This document shows, in pieces, positions 56,362 through 64,000 of a stretch of DNA of 64,000 nucleotides. A program made the position numbers and the translations under genes. The stretch comes from Antedon mediterranea (Eukaryota > Animalia > Echinodermata): NCBI RefSeq assembly GCF_964355755.1, contig NC_092680.1, forward strand, positions 2,170,001-2,234,000, in the 5' to 3' direction. The number at the start of each line of letters is the position of its first letter. Position 1 is the stretch's first letter. The notes below the pieces were generated by a model. That model was not told the origin of the DNA and did no database searches. It was given only the letters and a program-made list of their open reading frames with translations.

Positions 56362-56821
56362 TTTGCTTACAAAACGCCCTCAACAATATGTACTTTACTA
56401 ATAGTCTTTGTAGTCCAGACGTGCGCGTTTCAGGATGTTTTGTTGACATTTTGCAATATACAACATATTCATTTTAACTTAATTTACATCTATTATCTTA
56501 TTTAAAAACGTATTATTTACTTTACATAAATTTAAATCACATTTTTTATATTATTTCTTATTATAATGTGTAATAAAAATAAATATATTCTATAATTTAT
56601 TCAAATAAAAATGTAAACTTTTATATAGTTATTGTAGTTGCTAAGGTAGCACATGGTAGCGCGTCCATAGCAGCAGCAAGTGTTTTGGTAAGTTGTTACA
56701 TAACAACGCTGATCCTTTAAAAGGTGAGCACGTTTAGGTCACGTCAGTGTCTCATTAATTAATCGCTGAAGTAGAAACAATTTAGGATTTTTATTTTATT
56801 ATTAGTCTATAATTTTACGTC
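56362..56821. promoter_or_regulatory. COPS2/ODF3 bidirectional promoter with RFX X-boxes
   Basis: 460 bp between divergent ATGs. GTTGCTAAGGTAGC (56637-56650), GTTACATAACAAC (56695-56707), and CRE/E-box-like GGTCACGTCA (~56737). Confidence 0.65.
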
Positions 56822-58753
56822 ATGAGTGAAGAAAAAGAAAAGCAAAGTCCGGTTATCGCTGCCAGGGAAAGAGGTGAGTTAAAAGTGTTTGAATTATTTC
56901 AGATGCAGGCTGCACTTCACCAGTCAGTGCTGTTGGTTTAGAGGAGGGAGGGAGGCTAATTCTTATCCAGGTCAATCTATGCAAACCAAGCCTACCTAGG
57001 CCTAGGCCTATTAGTAGTAGGCGTGTCTATTCTACTGCTACTACGTCTATGTATTAGCCTAGCTAGGCCTATAGAGTAGTTTATTATGTTTACCATACTA
57101 TTATTAATTATTAGTATTACTAAATTAGGCCTACAATAATATAAATAATATATGAGAGTGATTTATTCTAATTTACATAATAGAATAGGCTTTACTTCCT
57201 GTAGAATACTAGAGGCCTAGGCTAGGCTAGCTAGTATACTTTCGAGATAGGGTAGTACTATACTAATATTTACACACAGGCTCGTAGACCTAAGTATTTA
57301 CCTTACCTTTACCTAAGTATTATCTTAATCTTATCATTTGACATTATCAATATATTTAGGCCTAAATTAACGTTTGTTTTTTATTTTGTAGGTCCAGGAC
57401 CAGGCAGGTACGCACTGCCGAGTACGTGTGGATATACTAAACATGACTGTACAAAGCATATGAAACCCTCATATTCTTTTGGTAAACGACTAAATAATGC
57501 AAGTAAGTTATACTAGGCCTACTGTTTCTTATTATTCTTTGTTTTAATATTAAAACATGGACAGCCGTACTTGAGAATATTATCTTTTCTTAATATCTGT
57601 TTTTTAACTCGAAAATTACTTGTCTATACATTTTGTATGTGTACATACGTTGTAGGCCTACTCAATATGTATACTAACTGTCAGTTTAGTATATACAAAA
57701 TAACATCAATTATTTTGTAATTTTATTGACAGTGTTTAAAGAAGACAGTAGTCCAGGGCCAGGTTATTCCATAAACCCATCAGTTACCAGGCACGGTAAA
57801 GACGGTACCCCTTCTTACTCGATTTTAGGCAGACAGCGAGATCCAAGTAAGTTTTTATCTTATCGTTTTTCTACTGTATATAAGTAATTTTATATGTAGG
57901 AAAAGAGGGGTTTAGGTAATACGAAAATGGTACAAAATACATGCAAGACAAAAATATATAGGCCTATATATTTCTGTCTTTGAATAAATCTTTCAAATTA
58001 TATGTACAGATAAATAAATATTGGAACATATCTTCCTTTATAATATACTATTTGTATAAATTACAAAATATTAATTTATGAGTATGTGTATTATTTTATG
58101 ATTTTTGCAATTACGAATTTACACAGTTTTATGTTTGACATTTAAAAATGTAAAAACTACAGTAAATGTCAAAATCCGTTTATAACAACTGTACACTGCA
58201 TGTTGTAAAAACGGAAGATATTCTCACAAAAGACACCATTTTTACAACATTTATTATCATTATTTCTACAGATACGTTTATTACACCGTCACCATACGCA
58301 TATAGTCCTCAAAAATGTCATCCACAAGGAGAGAAATATGCACCCGTCTTCTCAATGGCAGCTCGTACTAGATACCGAAAACGGGACCAATGCCCTGCCG
58401 CAAATAACTACAGCTTGCCGCCATTACACGGCAGCAAGGTACCTAACAAGCAGTCAAGTTCAAGTTATTCAATGACAGGACGATCTAAAGTCGGTGGATA
58501 CCTCGAGGATCTTGCCAAAACGCCAGGACCTGGACGATACAACGCCATTAACCCGAATAGCGTACACGTGAAGAAACCTAGCTATTCCATGCTTGGTCGG
58601 CACGACTCGGTCGGAGACGGCACACAGAAACCAGGACCGGGTGCTCATAGTCCGGAGAAGGTTAGCGGAACTAGACGAAAATATCCCAGTTATTCACTCG
58701 GCATCAGGCATTCGGAGTTCGTCTGTCCGTTGATCATTGACGTCACCGATTAA
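56822..58753 (+). CDS. ODF3: Outer dense fiber protein 3 / SHIPPO-1 / CIMAP1 family ciliary protein, 4 exons
   Basis: Exons 56822-56873, 57392-57502 (GPGPGRYALPSTCG), 57733-57846 (SSPGPGY) and 58272-58753 (TPSPYAYSP, TPGPGRY, KPGPGAHSPE, SLGIRHSEF). Repeated PGP (STPGR/SHIPPO) motifs. Confidence 0.88.
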
Positions 58754-60109
58754 ACTTTTGATCTTTAAGAATCATGCGACTTGGAACAATTTTACAAAAT
58801 TTCTTTACAGATTATATTAAACACTGGATGTATAATTGTCAATATCATCACAATATGAAGTATAAATAATAGCGAATGGATTGAAATTGCCTTGTTTTGT
58901 TGATTAAAATTATAAAGGATAAACAGTATTTTCGGGATTATAGAGGATAAAGAAACATCTTTTCCTGATTTTTTTGTCATTTTTGTATTTCCGTTTAGTT
59001 TGTCAGGGTATTCATTTTACGCAATACGTATTGTAAATGTAGGTCTTACATTTTTGGATTTTAAATTTGAGAAAAATATTTTATGCAATGACGATTGGGG
59101 TAGGGGGTGGGTTGATATAAGGCGCATGTATTGTTTATTGTATTACCGATCTGTTAAACAGTGAATAACCTTTCTTTCATTTATAGGCTAAGGATTGTTT
59201 AATACGATCTAATATTAGTTGGTGGATTAGCACAGTGTCAATTATTGGTGCTTAATATTTCAATGGTGCTTAAAATTTAAATGTCTTCTTACCACGGTAA
59301 ATATGTACCCACTAAATAGCTGTGCTTTCATACGCATTGATGTTATATAATAATTGGATTTATTTAGGTCTGATGACGTTATTATCTCATAGAATTAAAT
59401 GTTGAAAGTTAGCAGATAATAATTAATCTTTAAGTAGGCCTATGTCATCCCGATCTAAAGCGTGGCTCCCACTAGCAACGTAAGAAAATTCCCTTCCAAA
59501 AATGTGTGTTTTCCCTCGCCTCTTATAAGATCCAGTCCGCCTGTTTCCGTAAGTAGTATTCGGTACGCAACATACCACAGCCGTCCGATTTTGTCCGTTC
59601 ACGGAACCGGGCCCGGACTTGGTATACACAATATTACAATTTTAAAAGCATCGAACACGTTGAGAGTGAAATGAGTATATCAACTATCTTGAACATATGA
59701 AAGCTTAGTTATCTAATTACAGGACGTAAATCTGCATAATTATTATATTGTGAATCTCAGCTCCGTTATAACGGCTTTTTTTTTAACGATATTTACGATA
59801 TATATTTATAATCTTTTAAGTTTATGATATGCAATTTTTCTTTTCTATATTAATACACCATTTTATGCAATTAAGATAACACAGAAATATAAATAGTTTA
59901 ATAATTAATTTAATTATCACAATTAAAGCATAGCAGTTGTAAATATTTTGTTGTGACGTCATTGCTGCAAGTTGTAATTAAAGTGTTTTGCTGATGTATG
60001 AGTATATAATATTCGTCAAATTGGCATAATAAATCCTATTGTTATAGGCCTACTTTGTTGTTAAATAAGCTATTTCCTGTAATAGTCATAGTAACACAAC
60101 ACAACGTTT

Positions 60110-60388
60110 GCATCATTGTTTGGACGCGTGCGTATAACAGACATACCTTTATCAATGTTTGAACGCGCGCGTATAAAAGACGTACCTTTATTTATCATTG
60201 TTTGAACGCGCGAATTAACTTTTATTATCATCGTTTAAGTGCGCACGTACAAAAGATGTACGTTTATTTATCATTGTTTAAACTCGCGCGTTAATTGTTA
60301 TTATCATCGTTTCATTGCGCGCGTACAAAAGCCGTACCATTTTTATCATCATTTAAACGCGCACGTATAGAACCATTTGAACGCGTTA
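60110..60388. repeat. CpG-rich minisatellite with ~35-45-bp degenerate units
   Basis: Recurring TTATCATTGTTTGAACGCGCG(CGTATAAAAGACGTACC). Confidence 0.8.
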
Positions 60389-60920
60389 TTAGTGTCGTGT
60401 AAAAACAAATGAATATGTTTATTAAACCAAAACATTTTATAATGTACTCATCATGCTTGTTATGTGTTTTACTGTACTGTACTAAATTTAACAAACTTGT
60501 CTGATGAAAGGAAATATGTATTTAGCGCCCTCTTCAGGATATAAACTTTTTTATACTGTTACCTGTTATAATGTTCAAAGTGTTTTTAAACAAACTTATA
60601 GCACAAATTCAACTCACGTGTCTTCATAAAAAAAAATCCTATGAGTGTTATGAGGATTGGTATGTGAGCTTGTATGACCTTATTCAAGGTATGTTGAATG
60701 TACACCAGGTGTAACTCAGGTATTCGCGTTAATCCAGGTGGTGGAGTGCTGCGGCCGGTGATTGGCGCGGTACTCAAAGCGTTATTATGAGAACCCTTGT
60801 ACCACAAAACATACTTTTGGCCTAACATTGATAAAAGTGAGGTAGTCATAGGACTGTAATATTATGGTACTGCAAACCATTTAATAATGTATTGTGAGAT
60901 AAGTAAATAATAGATATTTT

Positions 60921-61110
60921 TAGCGCTCTTTACCAGAGCCTCACAGTGCAACATGAAAAGAATAACTATTGAAATAGGTGAGTTCTCAGGATTAATTAAA
61001 ACAGGGATGGAGTGTAACGGATGGAACGAGGAAGTTGGTTCCAGATCTCTGGTGCCTGAGCAAAGCAGCCCTTAGGCACAGATTTTAGTTTCGTTCTAGG
61101 TGGTGTTAAC
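60921..61110 (-). mobile_element. 3' remnant of an L2/CR1-group LINE
   Basis: The minus strand translates GCFAQAPEIWNQLPRSIRYTPSLF*LILRTHLF, resembling the APxLWNxLP..LKTHLF end of L2 ORF2, with one in-frame stop. Confidence 0.65.
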
Positions 61111-61656
61111 AATAAGTGGATCCGTTTATATAAGTTAAAGTTTTACCAAATGTGCTGCTAATAGTAAGCTAATATAATGTTGACAAATTAGGTTATCATC
61201 TGCACCAAAAGCCAAGTATATTCCGTTGTCGTCTCTTGCCGTGATTTACCTACGCGGCGTTCACTATCATTGTATCGGTAATAACCACACGTCAACCTGA
61301 CGATGATAAATTGTTTAAATATAAAACTAACTATTGAGATACAAAAATTAGTCAAAAAAGCCTGCCGGATACGAACGAATGTAGAATTGATCTGGAATAC
61401 ATGACATAGGTTGATTCTGGCTGCAGGTGTCTAGTATAAAACGAAAAGGAAATTTGTCTGGCTATGTAGTAAAAAAAAAACGGAAGAACATTGTCTTTTG
61501 TTGTAGAGGCAAGAGAAAAACGAAGACGATGTCAACTAGAAAGCGGACGATAGTAATCTTCTTATCTATTTATTGTTATCTAACTTATTCATGTTGCATG
61601 ATCACCTTTCTTATGCATCTTATAAAACTGTTTACAGTATGTACCTTTGGGAAGCT

Positions 61657-61657
61657 G

Positions 61658-61698
<41 letters not shown>

Positions 61699-61933
61699 CG
61701 TATCAGATTCCTGTCAGTGTCATCATCATTATTATCCTTATTATTATCATTATTATTATTATCATTATTATTATTATCATTATTATAATCATCATCATTA
61801 TCATCATCATTATTATCATCATCATTATTATCATCATCATTATCATCATCATTATCATCATCATCATTATTATCATCATCATTATTGTTGTCATCACTGT
61901 TAACATCACTGTTATCATCATCGTTATCGTCAT
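61657..61933. repeat. (TTA)n/(TCA)n compound microsatellite
   Basis: Read directly from the sequence. Confidence 0.97.
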
Positions 61934-62659
61934 CGCCTAAATATTTTGGCACATATGGCGTTTCATACATATAATGTATGTATTTTCCACCCAGACAAAC
62001 ATTGAAACAACGACTTGTTGAAAAATAAGACAAATTAAATATAAACTTTAAAAAAAACGTTCATTATAAAGAGTTGGGCCCATATGTTAATTTATTATTC
62101 ATCGGAAAAAACATATCGCCGCTACATTCCTAAAAAAACGAAGGACCTTTTACAAGCACATCACCCTGGTTTACTATTAAATACATTCGCAGTGTAGGAC
62201 ACATGCCAAGCCCCGAGTAGAATTTACAATCAATAGACGTTCCTCTTGTATATTTTATTTTCTATTATTCAGATTGTGTCCTTTGTTACTGTATAAGTTA
62301 GGCCTAAGGCTTGGTTGTAATACACTAATATCATTACATTCTACGGCATAAGTGACACCTTCACCCAGGGGTGTGTAACATAATGACATAATGTGAACGT
62401 AGTCACATAATTTTAAACAGCTCTTTTTGTTACAATTTTTATTTCATAAATTCACGATGATTTTTAATTGTATTGAATATTGTTGCAATAAATTACTTTA
62501 AATTACTATATGACCATTATTGTTAGTAGGTGCAGTAAGCACGTTTCCTCGTATTTTTACCTGAACAAATATTATCAGAAACATTATTATAATTTTCAAG
62601 GCCTTTTTGTGCGTTTGTCAACTTACATCATTCTCGTTTACATCGTCTTAACGTCAGTG

Positions 62660-63022
62660 GTGACATCGCCATGGCGTTATCGTCGTATCGACACGTCGTG
62701 ATGCGCTATCAATGTCAATCGATGGGTGCCATCGTTGTAGGCATCGTTAACGTCGTTTGTCTTGGTCGGTTCGATGTTTTACTAATTGCCGATGGCGATA
62801 TTAGCGTTGCCGATAGCGTTGTCGATGACGTTATTGGCGTTGTCGATGAAGTTATTGGCGTTGTCGATGGCGTTATTGGCGTTGCCGATGGCGTTAGTGG
62901 TGTTGTCGATGGCGTTGGTGGCGTTGTCGATGGCATTAGATGGAGTTGCCGATGGCGTTATTGGTGTTGTCGATGGCGTTATTGTCGTTGTCGACGTCGT
63001 CCTCAACGTTATCGGCGCCGAT
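62660..63022. repeat. Imperfect 21-bp minisatellite (GGCGTTATTGGCGTTGTCGAT)n
   Basis: About 10 recognisable units plus degenerate flanks; produces low-complexity ORFs in several frames. Confidence 0.85.
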
Positions 63023-63390
63023 GCTTATATCAAGGTCATCTGGGCGCCTACCTATTTACAATTAACGTCCTCACATTGTCATGATTTAATGCAGCTCGAT
63101 TTAATGTATACATTTCAGTGTTAATTATATTTGTATATCATATTTTTTATTATATTAATTCTGTTTACATTGCATAAAACGTTTGGGAACTACAAGATGC
63201 CCTCTATCGGTTGAAAGCAGAACTGAACCGTAAATTAGTTCACGAATAATTACAATATCTATTTATAGACCAGATATCATCCCACGCTTTAGATTGCAAT
63301 TTACATTGAATGTATACGTTCAAAAATTAACGAACCAACCAGTATCACGTGTTATTATTTTATTCTTAACTTCAGTATTACTCTCTACTA

Positions 63391-63512
63391 TGACGTCATC
63401 TTATTGGTGTTATGTCGTCACAAAATATTATGTTCTTCTTTCTATCCTTATTATATGGTGACGTCATCTTAATGGTGTTATGTCGTCACACATCATATTC
63501 TTCTTTCTATCC
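63391..63512. repeat. ~68-bp tandem duplication
   Basis: TGACGTCATCTTA.TGGTGTTATGTCGTCACA..TTCTTCTTTCTATCCT occurs twice; each unit has a perfect TGACGTCA (CRE) palindrome. Confidence 0.85.
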
Positions 63513-64000
63513 TGTTAATGGTCACATGAGTGTGGGGCTATTTTATTCGGACTATTAAAATCATAAATGAACAGGAAAATGCCTATGGAAATACATTGCT
63601 TGTGATTGGTCAAAACTTGCGTTGTGGCTTACGCTAAGTCCTGCGTTTGCAAGGGGTAGTACTGTACGTGTATTTGTCTCTGTACGTTAATTTATATGTG
63701 ACTGACAATACTGAAAAAAAACCAACAGACCGAAAAATAGACCTTATCCAGTCTAGTTCGCGGCACTGCATACATACATACATACAGCCTAACCGCACAA
63801 TGCATTAATACTAAAATGTTATCGTCTCGAAAATATGAATATATATTTTGACAGCAGACGCCGATATTTTGTAGTTTCTTAGGAGACTATTACTGCGTTT
63901 TTAGTTAGATGTGCTGTCAGCTAATACGACACCCATTGTGCAGTGGGAAGAACTCGGTCTATAATTGTAGGTCTCATCTGATGGCCTAAACATAAGCGAA

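Noticed and set aside
58166-58271. N-terminus of the 195-aa ORF in the track
   Set aside because: Intron read-through; the real ODF3 exon starts after TTTCTACAG at 58272.
61427-62033. His/Tyr-rich and Asp/Asn-rich ORFs
   Set aside because: They are products of the (TTA/TCA)n microsatellite.

Overview
AT-rich, intron-rich eukaryotic DNA from a non-vertebrate animal (an echinoderm-like deuterostome is plausible, but the sequence alone does not prove it). Six protein-coding genes form three head-to-head pairs: TIMM44(-, runs off the left edge)/FKRP(+, single coding exon), DNAI1(-)/FAM219A(+) and COPS2(-)/ODF3-like(+). I reconstructed the spliced genes by reading exons and GT-AG junctions; the ORF track misses most of them. 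Introns and UTRs hold about 30 copies of a Harbinger-type MITE, two larger non-autonomous DNA transposons, tRNA- and 5S-derived SINEs, LINE remnants and simple repeats. The main observations are: (1) a likely record of transposon excision footprints (a 30-bp P-element-type palindrome with a 7-bp TSD, TA-CAG/CTG-TA insertions inside MITE copies, and TA-GGCC/GGC/GCC-TA motifs clustered in promoter-proximal introns); (2) two copies of a repeat carrying a minimal hammerhead ribozyme; (3) the DNAI1-FAM219A divergent pair shared with human; (4) a DNAI1 exon with both splice sites duplicated. I found no prokaryote-type system and cannot show that any of these is previously undescribed.
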